The position numbers and the translations under genes were made by a program. The notes below the pieces were generated by a model. The model saw only the letters and a program-made list of their open reading frames with translations, was not told the DNA's origin and did no database searches. 64,000 bases of DNA from a bacterium (lineage in GTDB: Bacteria; Patescibacteriota; Microgenomatia; Curtissbacterales; GWA2-41-24), in the NCBI GenBank assembly GCA_021813945.1, contig JAKAJD010000001.1:9744-73743 (forward strand), written 5' to 3'. Positions 49,002-58,918 of the stretch are shown in pieces (within the stretch, counting starts at the first letter, position 1; every line of letters starts with the position of its first letter).

Positions 49002-50076
49002 GGCAATTGTGAAAAGCCAACTAGTCAAGCTCCCAGGTCTTGTCGATGTCCATGTTCATCTACGCGAACCTGGTGGCACACAAAAAGAGGATTTCGCATC
49101 TGGGACCAAAGCGGCAATCGCTGGAGGGTACACTCAAATTCTAGATATGCCAAACAACACTCCGCCCACAATTGATCTAAAATCCTTAAAAAACAAAATT
49201 GACCTCGCAAAAGGCCGAATTTATTCCGACCTGGGTTTTAATTTTGGTGGCAACGCTCAGTCAATAGAATATTTTCCAAAAATATACAAAAAAGCATTTG
49301 GTTTAAAAGTTTATATGAACCAAACGACTGGAACCTTATTAGTCGACAAGAATGAAGAGAGAGAAATGATCTTTAAATACTGGAAGAGCGATCTGCCAAT
49401 AATGGTTCATGCTGAAGGCGAAACTGTTGAAATCGCAATAAAACTCGCAAGAAAGTTTAAGAAAAGGCTTCACGTTTGCCACATTACCCCCGATCAATTA
49501 TCCTCAATATCGAAAGCTAGAAAAGCCGGATTAAAAATAAGTTGTGAAGTTTGTCCACACCATCTGTTTTTAAATCAAAAAGACGAAAAAAAACTTGGCC
49601 CATTAGGTATTATGAAACCTCATTTACTAACTGAGATTGAACAAAAAAAGCTTTGGCAAGATCTCGACAAAGTGGATATGATCTCAACTGATCATGCTCC
49701 ACATACTCTTGAAGAAAAATATGATCAGACCGCCCCTAAATTTGGAGTACCCGGCCTTGAAACAACAGTACCATTATTTTTTGAAGCCATAAGCAAAGGT
49801 AAAATTACTCTTAAAAGATTCATTGAAATGACTTCCAAAAATCCCAAAACAATATTTAAACTTCCCAAACAACCTCAAACGCATGTCATAATCGAAACTA
49901 CCGAACCATTCAAAATATCTTCACTCAATCTATTTACTAAATGCAACTGGACACCATTTAAAAATCTTTACGGCGCAGGAAAAATTAAAAAAGTTGTATT
50001 AAGAGGTAAAACTGTCTTTAAAGACGGCCAATTCATCGACAAACCTCAAGGAAAAGTTATTACCCCAAATGTATAA
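49000..50076 (+). CDS. pyrC: Dihydroorotase
   Basis: LPGLVDVHVHLREPG, DMPNN, VHAE, HVCH, CEVCPHHL, TDHAPH, GVPGLET; start may be GTG 49009. Confidence 0.9.
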   Translation: MAIVKSQLVKLPGLVDVHVHLREPGGTQKEDFASGTKAAIAGGYTQILDMPNNTPPTIDLKSLKNKIDLAKGRIYSDLGFNFGGNAQSIEYFPKIYKKAFGLKVYMNQTTGTLLVDKNEEREMIFKYWKSDLPIMVHAEGETVEIAIKLARKFKKRLHVCHITPDQLSSISKARKAGLKISCEVCPHHLFLNQKDEKKLGPLGIMKPHLLTEIEQKKLWQDLDKVDMISTDHAPHTLEEKYDQTAPKFGVPGLETTVPLFFEAISKGKITLKRFIEMTSKNPKTIFKLPKQPQTHVIIETTEPFKISSLNLFTKCNWTPFKNLYGAGKIKKVVLRGKTVFKDGQFIDKPQGKVITPNV

Positions 50077-50743
50077 TCAGGACTATTATTCAAACAAACC
50101 TAAAGTTAAATTATTTTTTGACATCGAAACTATTCCAGCTGAAGAGAAATTTAGAGATTTAGTAATAAATTTGGGTCTTCAAAAAGAAAATAAAAAAAAC
50201 AAAACAAAAATCAAAAGATTATCAAAATCTAAAAAACAGTCTCTTTATGAACAAAGCGCTATCTCAGGTGATTTTGGCAGAATTCTTTGCATCGGTTACG
50301 CAATAGAGAACGGTTCACTATCAGTAATTACCGGTCCCGAAGCGGACATTCTTAAAACTTGGTGGACAGTTGCCGATAAGGCCGATCTTTTTATAGGCCA
50401 CAACATCATGGATTTTGATCTTAGGTTTATTTTCAAAAGATCAATTGTTCACCATATTAAACCTTGTGCTAGGCATTTAAATTTGTCATTTGCCCGGTAT
50501 AAAAATTTTCCCATCTACGATACTATGCGTGAATGGGAAAAATGGAACCCTGAAAGCTTCATTAAACTTGACACTCTAGCAAAGGTTTTAAATCTCGAAT
50601 CGTCTAAATCAGACGGTATAGATGGCTCCCAAGTTTTTGAGTTCTATAAAAAGGGAAAACTTGATGCAATTTACGAATATTGCAAAAAGGACGTTAAGCT
50701 TACGCGCGAAGTCTATGAGCGCATGTCATTTACCACCTCTTAA
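50069..50743 (+). CDS. DEDD-type 3'-5' exonuclease (RNase H-like, PolB-exo-related)
   Basis: FDIET (ExoI), GHN..DFD (ExoII), YC..DV (ExoIII). Confidence 0.82.
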   Translation: MYNQDYYSNKPKVKLFFDIETIPAEEKFRDLVINLGLQKENKKNKTKIKRLSKSKKQSLYEQSAISGDFGRILCIGYAIENGSLSVITGPEADILKTWWTVADKADLFIGHNIMDFDLRFIFKRSIVHHIKPCARHLNLSFARYKNFPIYDTMREWEKWNPESFIKLDTLAKVLNLESSKSDGIDGSQVFEFYKKGKLDAIYEYCKKDVKLTREVYERMSFTTS

Positions 50744-50820
50744 TCTTTAGGTTGAAATCTAATTGGGAGTGAAATATTGCCAATTCTAATGTAAGATAAA
50801 GTATCGCAAGTTTAGCTTCC

Positions 50821-52446
50821 ATGCAAAGGCACAAAATCTTACTAATTGTTATTCTAATTCTTGCGGCATTCCTGCGTTTTTATCACCTCGGCCAAAACCC
50901 TCCTAGCCTAGATTGGGATGAAACCGCCGAAGGCTATAATGCTTATTCTATTCTCAAGACTGGCATGGATGAGTACGGAAAAAAGTTCCCTTTATCTTTT
51001 CGCTCTTTCGACGATTATAAACCACCTCTTTACACCTATATGACCGTTCCGTCGGTTGGTTTATTTGGCCTAAACGATTTCGCAGTGCGTTTTCCGTCGG
51101 CGCTTCTTGGCACATTTGCGATATTAACAACCTATTTAATGGTTTTGGAGCTTTTCGGCAATCGAAAAATTGCCCTGTTTTCTGCTTTATTTTTAACAAT
51201 TTCCCCCTGGCATCTTCAGTTTTCGCGCGTTGGATTTGAAACCAATAGCACCATTTTTTGGGCAACACTTGGAACATGGGCTTTTTTAAAGGGGATAAAC
51301 GCAAGTGGTAAAAAAATCGCGTTGTGGTTATCCCTAGCGTCCACCGCCTTTGGTCTTAATCTTTTTATGTACCATAATTCACGTGTTTTTATCCCGCTTT
51401 TTTCTGTGGTTCTAATATTCCTTTTTAAAGGCAAACTCCTTAATATAAAAAAATACCTCATTGTACCCGCAATTATCGCTGTAATTTTTTCATCATTACT
51501 TATTCCAATTATTTTTTCTATCCAGGGACAACTACGATATGAAGGTACAACAGTCTTTTCAGATCTCTCGCCACTTTATAAAGCATCCGCCAAAATTGAA
51601 GTTGACAGGCAAGATGGAATGCTTGCAATTGGGAAAATATTGCACAATAGGCGCTTAGTTTATGCGCCAATCATTTTAAACAATTACCTATCCCACTTAA
51701 ATCCGACATTTTTGTTTTTCACTGCAGACATGAACAGGCACCACGCACCCGGAATAGGCCTGCTATACCTTTGGGATTTGCCATTTATTCTGGCAGGAAT
51801 TTATTTTCTCATTAAAAATAAGTTTGACACGAAATCAAAAGTGATAATTTTTTCCTGGTTTTTTCTTGCTCCGGTTGCTGCATCTGTTACCTGGGGCGTG
51901 CCTCACTCGTTGCGCTCAGAAATGTACATTCCAACTTATCAAATTTTTGCAGCCATAGGTATATATACTCTTTATTCATATATAAAACCCAAAAAAGTTT
52001 TTGCGATCTTTGCCAGCCTAGCCCTTTTTATAAACTTCGCCTACTATCTCCACCAATATTATGTCCACATGCCAGTTGAATTTTCCCAAGACTGGTTATA
52101 TGGGAGAAAAGAAGCAGCGCTTACATCAAATCAACTTAAAGATAACTACAGTCGTGTTATTGTCTCGACTAAACTTGAGCAGCCGCATGAGTTCTGGCTT
52201 TATTACCTGAAATACGATCCCAAAAAATATTTAAGTGAAGGTGGAACAGTTTCAGGTGGATTTTTGGAAGACAGGAATCATTTTGACAAGTTTTACTTCA
52301 AACCTATTAATTTTGCCAAGCAATCTCAAGAAGAAAAAACTTTATTTGTTGGAACACAATCCGAATTTCCCGAAAACTCTAAAGTTATTAAGAAAATAAA
52401 TTATCTAAATGGGCAGCCAGCAATATATATAGTTTCGGGAGTATAA
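50821..52446 (+). CDS. GT-C membrane glycosyltransferase (ArnT/PMT-like), array member 1
   Basis: PPSLDWDE..GYNAYSILKTG.DEYG, SFDDYKPPLY, SPWHLQFSR.GFE, HNRR. Confidence 0.82.
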   Translation: MQRHKILLIVILILAAFLRFYHLGQNPPSLDWDETAEGYNAYSILKTGMDEYGKKFPLSFRSFDDYKPPLYTYMTVPSVGLFGLNDFAVRFPSALLGTFAILTTYLMVLELFGNRKIALFSALFLTISPWHLQFSRVGFETNSTIFWATLGTWAFLKGINASGKKIALWLSLASTAFGLNLFMYHNSRVFIPLFSVVLIFLFKGKLLNIKKYLIVPAIIAVIFSSLLIPIIFSIQGQLRYEGTTVFSDLSPLYKASAKIEVDRQDGMLAIGKILHNRRLVYAPIILNNYLSHLNPTFLFFTADMNRHHAPGIGLLYLWDLPFILAGIYFLIKNKFDTKSKVIIFSWFFLAPVAASVTWGVPHSLRSEMYIPTYQIFAAIGIYTLYSYIKPKKVFAIFASLALFINFAYYLHQYYVHMPVEFSQDWLYGRKEAALTSNQLKDNYSRVIVSTKLEQPHEFWLYYLKYDPKKYLSEGGTVSGGFLEDRNHFDKFYFKPINFAKQSQEEKTLFVGTQSEFPENSKVIKKINYLNGQPAIYIVSGV

Positions 52447-52449
52447 CAA

Positions 52450-54084
52450 ATGAATCAGTACAAAAACTTACTTAATTCAAAATTACTCATAATTTTAATA
52501 GTTATTCTAGCTTTTGTATTAAGAACATACAAACTTTCAAATGTTCCGCCATCGCTCTATTGGGACGAAGCTTCTCTGGGTTACAATGCATATTCCATTC
52601 TTAAAACAGCACACGACGAGCATGGTAAATTCCTACCATTAACAAATTTTGGTGCATACGGCGATTACAAACCACCGCTTTATATTTATGCAACCGTCCC
52701 ATCGATTTTTATCTTTGGTTTGACGGAATTCGCAATACGCTTCCCGTCTGCGCTTTTTGGAACACTAACCATTTTACTTACGTATTTTCTTGCAAAGAAA
52801 TTTTTCGAAAATGAGGCAATCGCACTTTTATCTGCATTGTTCTTGGCGATTTCCCCCTGGCATCTGCAGTTTTCAAGAGGTGCCTTTGAAGCAAATTTAG
52901 GACTCTTTTTATCCGTTTTAGGAGTTTTGACATTTATTAAATTTGCGAAGGATAGACCACTATATATTTTTATGTCAGCAGGTTCTTTTCTAGCCGCCAT
53001 GTATACGTTTACTGGTCAAAGATTATTTGCCCCATTTATTCTAGTAGTGCTTTGTTTTCAGTTCAGAAAAGAATTAATCAAAAATTGGAAATACGTCCTA
53101 GTCGCAGCCTTTCTTTCGGCAATATTGTTTTGGCCACTTTTTAGGTTCGTTACAGGAACAATTGAAGGGAAACTTCGCTTTAACGAGGTTACTATATTTA
53201 AAGATTTAAAGCCGATCAACGATTCAATAAGATTTAAAAACGAAGATAATTTCTCCTGGTGGTCGGGGATAACGCATAACCGCCGTCTTTTTTACATAAA
53301 TCAATATTTGATCCATTATTTCGATGCCTTTAATCCTACATTTTTATTTTTTCAGGGAGACGTTAATCCACGCCTTTCGATCCAGGCGATAGGAGAGCTT
53401 TACTTTTTTGACTTATTTTTGATTCTGGCAGGAATATATTTTCTTTTCAATAAAAAACAAAAATTTCGCTTTTTGATTATGGGTTGGTTATTAATATCTC
53501 CCCTCGGCCCAGCAACTGCCAGGGAAACACCGCATGCCTTAAGGATGATCCATATTCTGCCTACCTTTCAGCTAGTGGCAGCATATGGCACTTACCAAAT
53601 ATATCAACTTATTAAATTCAAAAAAATGTTTGTTATAGGTTCAATAGTAATAATTTTAGCCAGCTTCTTTTACTACTTACACATGTATTATGTACATTAT
53701 CCGCGAGAAAATTCCGGAGAGTGGCAGTATGGTTATAAGCAAGCCGTTGAATACCTTAGCCCCTTATATAATAATGTAGATCATGTGGTTGTCACAGAAG
53801 CTTATGGCAGGCCTTATATATACTTTCTAATTTATATGAAAATCGACCCCAAAAATTATTACCAACATGCAAGTGTTTCAAGAGACGACCAATTTTTTTA
53901 TCACGTCAACTCGTTTGACAAGCTAATATTTTCAAATTCACCGACAAGTTACGCTCTTCCCGGTAAAACAATTTTTGTTACGACACCAGGGAACTTACCG
54001 ACAAATACTAAACTTCTCGAGACAGTTAGCCAGCTGGATCAAAAACCGGTGTTTGATATAGGAGAAACTGTGAATGAAAAATAA
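52450..54084 (+). CDS. GT-C membrane glycosyltransferase, array member 2
   Basis: PPSLYWDE..GYNAYSILKT, YGDYKPPLY, SPWHLQFSRGAFE, HNRR. Confidence 0.82.
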   Translation: MNQYKNLLNSKLLIILIVILAFVLRTYKLSNVPPSLYWDEASLGYNAYSILKTAHDEHGKFLPLTNFGAYGDYKPPLYIYATVPSIFIFGLTEFAIRFPSALFGTLTILLTYFLAKKFFENEAIALLSALFLAISPWHLQFSRGAFEANLGLFLSVLGVLTFIKFAKDRPLYIFMSAGSFLAAMYTFTGQRLFAPFILVVLCFQFRKELIKNWKYVLVAAFLSAILFWPLFRFVTGTIEGKLRFNEVTIFKDLKPINDSIRFKNEDNFSWWSGITHNRRLFYINQYLIHYFDAFNPTFLFFQGDVNPRLSIQAIGELYFFDLFLILAGIYFLFNKKQKFRFLIMGWLLISPLGPATARETPHALRMIHILPTFQLVAAYGTYQIYQLIKFKKMFVIGSIVIILASFFYYLHMYYVHYPRENSGEWQYGYKQAVEYLSPLYNNVDHVVVTEAYGRPYIYFLIYMKIDPKNYYQHASVSRDDQFFYHVNSFDKLIFSNSPTSYALPGKTIFVTTPGNLPTNTKLLETVSQLDQKPVFDIGETVNEK

Positions 54085-55567
54085 ACCAGTATTCGTCTGG
54101 GTAATTCTGTCGTTTGCCTATTTTGCCACACGCCTTATTAACCTCAAAATCCTTCCAATTTTTACAGATGAAGCAATCTATTCATTTTGGGCCCAAGTAG
54201 CGCTTCATGATCCTGCAAATCGTTTTATATCCTTAGAAGATGGTAAGCAGCCGCTATTTATATGGATTGCGGCGACGTTTCAAAAATTCATATCTGACCC
54301 GCTTATTGCCACAAGGCTGGTTTCAGTTTTTGCTGGGTTTGGGTCGCTAATAGGCATTTATCTTGTTTCAAATCTGCTATTTAATAATAAAAAAATTGCC
54401 TGGACAGCATGCTTCCTCTATATAATTTTTCCTTTCACTCTCCTTTACGATAGAATGGGCATTTTTGACTCTCTTTTAACAATGATTGGAATTTGGGCAG
54501 TATTTTTCTCAGTCAAAATGGCCAAAGATCCAAAATTAGATTTAGCAATGTTGAATGGGATTACAATAGGGCTTGGACTTATCACAAAATCATCAGCCGA
54601 ATTTTACCTATACTTGCTTCCATTTTCGCTAATATTTTTTAATTTTTCAAAAAAAGATCGCAGCAATAGATTTTACCATTGGTTGGGCTGGTCGGCTATC
54701 ACCTTTCTTATTGCTGAAGTTATCTATAATTCCCTTCGGCTATCACAATTTTTCTACATAATTGGAAGAAAAAATATGGAATTTATAAGATCCGTTTCAG
54801 AAGTAATTAAAAATCCTCTTGAGTTTTCAGTATCCAATTTCCACGCTCTAACGCAATGGGTATATACCTATATGGGCGCCGTTTTCTTTTTTGTCTTTCT
54901 GGCAGGTTTAATTTACGGTCTATACAAAAGAAAACATCAAATCATCTATCTTGCAGTACTAATTTTTGCGCCCTTTTCTGCAGAGGTCATTTTCAACAAA
55001 GTCTTATATGCAAGATTTGCCTTGTTTTACTTTCCATACGTAATCATTATCTTGTCGTTTACAATTGTTACTCTTTTTGAACTCTTCTCTAAATATAAGA
55101 AGGTAATCATCGCAATAGTAATTTTGGGCCTCATTGTGCCCTTATCCACGTCTTTTTTTCTTTTGACTAACCCGCCGAAAGCCAACATTGCTGACAACGA
55201 CAAAAATCAATACATTAATGATTGGCCGGCTGGGTATGGAGTATCAGAAATTATCAATATTCTAAAACAGGAATCATCAAAAGGAGATGTTTACGTTGGG
55301 ACAGAAGGAACTTTTGGTCTTTATCCTTATAGTCTTCAAGTCTATTTTTATAGTAATCCCAATGTTCACATATACGGTTATTGGCCAGTAGATGCAAACA
55401 GTCTTCCAAAACAGATAATTGATTTCTCAAAAGATTATAAAACATATTTTATCTATAACTTTACTCAAGCTTCTATAGCCGATAAGCATACCCATTTAGT
55501 TGCTAAATATCAAAAAGGTAGTGGTAACAGCTATATGAGACTATTCCAAGTGGAATATGACCGCTAA
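54074..55567 (+). CDS. GT-C membrane glycosyltransferase, array member 3 (more divergent)
   Basis: LPIFTDEAIY, DGKQPLF.W, RLVSV, YDRM...D, TK. Confidence 0.78.
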   Translation: MKNKPVFVWVILSFAYFATRLINLKILPIFTDEAIYSFWAQVALHDPANRFISLEDGKQPLFIWIAATFQKFISDPLIATRLVSVFAGFGSLIGIYLVSNLLFNNKKIAWTACFLYIIFPFTLLYDRMGIFDSLLTMIGIWAVFFSVKMAKDPKLDLAMLNGITIGLGLITKSSAEFYLYLLPFSLIFFNFSKKDRSNRFYHWLGWSAITFLIAEVIYNSLRLSQFFYIIGRKNMEFIRSVSEVIKNPLEFSVSNFHALTQWVYTYMGAVFFFVFLAGLIYGLYKRKHQIIYLAVLIFAPFSAEVIFNKVLYARFALFYFPYVIIILSFTIVTLFELFSKYKKVIIAIVILGLIVPLSTSFFLLTNPPKANIADNDKNQYINDWPAGYGVSEIINILKQESSKGDVYVGTEGTFGLYPYSLQVYFYSNPNVHIYGYWPVDANSLPKQIIDFSKDYKTYFIYNFTQASIADKHTHLVAKYQKGSGNSYMRLFQVEYDR

Positions 55568-57224
55568 ACTATCATCAATTTATATTTTCATCTTCATAAT
55601 TGTCCTTGCCGCCTCCCTCAGGTTAATCAACTTGGGTTCAATTCCCAATGGATTCAGCGACGACGAGGCAGCATTTGGATACAATGCATACTCTATTTTA
55701 AAAACCGGTCGAGACGAATGGGGTAAATTATTACCCCTCACCAATTTCCAAAGCTTCGGTGACTACAAGCTACCTGTGTATTTTTATCTAACTTCTGTTT
55801 CAATTTCATTTTTTGGACTGTCGGAATTTGCAGTCAGATTTCCAACAGCATTTTTTGGGATCCTTTCTATTATTCTGACTTACTTCCTAATCAAAAGATT
55901 ATTTGATGAAAAAACAGCCCTTTTAGCATCGTTTCTGCTCACAATTTCTCCCTTTCATATATTCGTTTCGCGCCACGCTTTAGAATCCGCTGTCCCAATT
56001 TTTTTCAACCTTGCGGCGGTATTATTTTTTTTGAAATCATTTAAACGGAAAAAGTTAATTTATATTTCGGCCATTTTTTTTGCTATCAATCTTTATATAT
56101 ATCGTTCAACCTGGATTTTTGTACCAGTATACTTTGGGGCCCTACTGTTTTTATTTAAAGAAGAAATTTCAAAAAATCTAAGAAATACGATCTACGCTCT
56201 GCTAATCTTCGCAGCCCTTGCAACACCAATTGCTATTACTGCTGTATCCCCGAGTGGAACTTCAAGAGTGAGACAAATTGGCATAACATCTCAATTTAAC
56301 ATGATAGGTCTGGTTAATGATGTCAACAGCAACAAGCAAATATGCATTCAAAAGCTGCCGATATTGGTTTGCCAAATCACATACAACAAATACTCAGCCT
56401 TGTTGAAGAAATACGTATCAAACTATATTAGCCATTATTCTCCTCAATTACTCTTTATTTCCGGATCTCCGGATGGTGAACAAATGTTAAAAGGAAGAGG
56501 ATTTTTATATTTTTTTGAGCTACCTTTTATAGTAATTGGGATCATTTATCTTGGAAAAAATCGAAAGAGTTTCCAGTCAAAAATAATTTTACCTTGGCTT
56601 CTCATCTACCCATTGGCTTCAGCTAGTACCGGCTTTGAAACACCCGGAAGACAAGCAATTATGATGCCTGTATGGGAAATAATAACGGCTGCCGGCTTTT
56701 TTAGTTTAGTTTTTTACCTTGAGCAAAGAAAAAATCTTATATTTAAAAAAATTCTTATAGTTTTTTTTGCGTTAATTGTCGCGTTCGAATTTGGTGGATT
56801 TTTCGTGGATTATTTCTACATCTACCCGAAAATTTCTGGTCCCTATTTTAGATACGGTTACAGAGAGCTTTTTTCATATCTTAAAAACCAACAAAATGAT
56901 TACGATAGAATTCTAATTTCAAACAAGCTAGACGCTTCACATCAATACATCTTTTTGCTTTTTTACTCCAAGATAAGCCCCAAAGATTATCAGAATCCGT
57001 CTTATTTCGATAGGCATATCAACGATCATGGATGGGTAGAGGTTACGAGAATGGGAAAATATTACTTTTATGCCTCAAAACCCGGTCTGAATGGACAACC
57101 CCAAAAAACTCTAGTCGTAGTTGGAAAGGGCGAGGTTCAATCTGGCCCTAAACCAATTTACACAATAGATTTTCCAGACGGCCACAAAGCGTTTGAGGTA
57201 TATCAGCTTGAAAAAATTATATGA
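55557..57224 (+). CDS. GT-C membrane glycosyltransferase, array member 4
   Basis: IPNGFSDDEAAFGYNAYSILKTGRDEWG, SFGDYKLP, ISPFH..SR.A.E. Confidence 0.82.
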   Translation: MTAKLSSIYIFIFIIVLAASLRLINLGSIPNGFSDDEAAFGYNAYSILKTGRDEWGKLLPLTNFQSFGDYKLPVYFYLTSVSISFFGLSEFAVRFPTAFFGILSIILTYFLIKRLFDEKTALLASFLLTISPFHIFVSRHALESAVPIFFNLAAVLFFLKSFKRKKLIYISAIFFAINLYIYRSTWIFVPVYFGALLFLFKEEISKNLRNTIYALLIFAALATPIAITAVSPSGTSRVRQIGITSQFNMIGLVNDVNSNKQICIQKLPILVCQITYNKYSALLKKYVSNYISHYSPQLLFISGSPDGEQMLKGRGFLYFFELPFIVIGIIYLGKNRKSFQSKIILPWLLIYPLASASTGFETPGRQAIMMPVWEIITAAGFFSLVFYLEQRKNLIFKKILIVFFALIVAFEFGGFFVDYFYIYPKISGPYFRYGYRELFSYLKNQQNDYDRILISNKLDASHQYIFLLFYSKISPKDYQNPSYFDRHINDHGWVEVTRMGKYYFYASKPGLNGQPQKTLVVVGKGEVQSGPKPIYTIDFPDGHKAFEVYQLEKII

Positions 57225-58918
57225 AAAGATATTTATTTACTGGCAATTTAAATATATTCAAAAATCTAATAAAGAGAAACATGTTTTTAATTTTGATAAT
57301 CATTTTAGCTTGTGTATTACGTTTTTACATGTTAACAACGATTCCAATTGGTTTCGGTGATGATGAAGCAGCATTCGGATATAATGCTTACTCTTTGCTT
57401 AAAACTGGTCATGATGAATGGGGAAAATATTTTCCATTCCCTGTTTTTGAAAGTTTTGGAGATTGGAAACTTGCGCTTTACCTATATTTGGTGGCTATTA
57501 GTCAATTCTTCCTGGGTGTTACTGTTTTTGCGACCCGATTTCCTTCTGCGGCAATCGGGGTTCTCGCAGTCGTGGCAACCTATTTACTTACAAAAGAATT
57601 ATTCGATAAAAAAATTGCTCTGGTTGCCTCGTTGTTAATCACGATATCTCCATGGCACATCGCGGCTTCGAGAAACGCTTATGAATCTGATTTATTAATT
57701 TTTACAATAACTCTTGGTACCTATTTTTTTCTAAAAGGCCTGAAGAAAAAGTATTATATTACGTTGAGTTTCTTAATATTCGGATTGTCGTTTTATTTGT
57801 ATCGATCAGCCTGGACTTTCATCCCTATTTTCATTCTTTTTTTAGTATTTTTATACTGGGATAGCTTCAAAAATTTAAGGTTATTTTTGGCAAAAAATAT
57901 TTTCTTTTTTTTAATTCTTCTATTGCCTCTTATACCAACACTTATAACCTTTCGAGGCCAATCAAGATTTTTTCAAGAGAGTTTTATGTCAGGGATTCAA
58001 AACATAGGAATATCGAACGATGTGAATGAGAGAAGAGGGGATTGTGCACAATTCTTTGGAAATCTGTTCTGCAAACTTACCTATAACAAATATAATTTTT
58101 ATTTATCAAAATATATCGACAACTATATTGCTAATATTTCCCCGCAAACTTACTATCAGAACATTAACCCAACCGGATATCAATCATTTACTCCCAGGGG
58201 CTACTTCTACACATTTGAATTCCTTCTTGCTATACCAGGCTTAATTTACCTTATTAATATTAAGAAAAACTCTACAAAGATTTTATTTGTTTGGATTGTA
58301 GCTGTCCTCCTTGCACCATCATTAACAAGCGTGGGAAATCCAGGCAGACTCAATATAATTATGCCTGTACCTCAAATAATCGCTGCAATTGGTTTAATAT
58401 ATTTGATTCAAATGATTAAAAATAATAAGCTGCGTTTACCATTTATCATACTAGCAACTACGGTGGTAACTTTATCCTTTATTAGATTTGTTGCTGACAC
58501 AATGAGCTACTATCCAAAATATGCTGCAATGTATCAAAGATATGGCTACGGAGAACTTTTTAAATACGTTGAAAGTCAGAAATCAAATTATTCTCAAATT
58601 ATCGTATCGAGAAAGTCAGATGACGCAAAGCAATACATTCATTATTTGTTTTTTACTAAATACGACCCTTCTAATTATCAAAAAAATGCATTTTTTTCTA
58701 GAGATAAATTAGGGTTTAGATCTGTCGATCAAATAGATAACATAAAATTTTCCTCATCCGTACCGCCTTTAAACACTATTCCTATAGGAACTATGATAGT
58801 AAGCGGAAATAACGAGTTATCGAGTAAAGATCTACGCCCCCTTAAAACGATAGTGGACCCCAAAGGCGATGTACTATTTAATGTTTATGAACTAACTGCG
58901 CACGCATATGAAGAATAA
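57221..58918 (+). CDS. GT-C membrane glycosyltransferase, array member 5
   Basis: IPIGFGDDEAAFGYNAYSLLKTGHDEWG, SFGDWK, ISPWH..SRNAYE. Confidence 0.82.
   Translation: MKRYLFTGNLNIFKNLIKRNMFLILIIILACVLRFYMLTTIPIGFGDDEAAFGYNAYSLLKTGHDEWGKYFPFPVFESFGDWKLALYLYLVAISQFFLGVTVFATRFPSAAIGVLAVVATYLLTKELFDKKIALVASLLITISPWHIAASRNAYESDLLIFTITLGTYFFLKGLKKKYYITLSFLIFGLSFYLYRSAWTFIPIFILFLVFLYWDSFKNLRLFLAKNIFFFLILLLPLIPTLITFRGQSRFFQESFMSGIQNIGISNDVNERRGDCAQFFGNLFCKLTYNKYNFYLSKYIDNYIANISPQTYYQNINPTGYQSFTPRGYFYTFEFLLAIPGLIYLINIKKNSTKILFVWIVAVLLAPSLTSVGNPGRLNIIMPVPQIIAAIGLIYLIQMIKNNKLRLPFIILATTVVTLSFIRFVADTMSYYPKYAAMYQRYGYGELFKYVESQKSNYSQIIVSRKSDDAKQYIHYLFFTKYDPSNYQKNAFFSRDKLGFRSVDQIDNIKFSSSVPPLNTIPIGTMIVSGNNELSSKDLRPLKTIVDPKGDVLFNVYELTAHAYEE

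Noticed and set aside
48949-49020. Longer start for the PPAT-DUF359 ORF
   Set aside because: Would overlap pyrC head-to-head; ATG 48948 matches the domain start and has a -10 box
50744-50820. Weak inverted repeats (AATTGG/CCAATT) after the exonuclease
   Set aside because: Short AT-rich stems without U-tract; expected by chance
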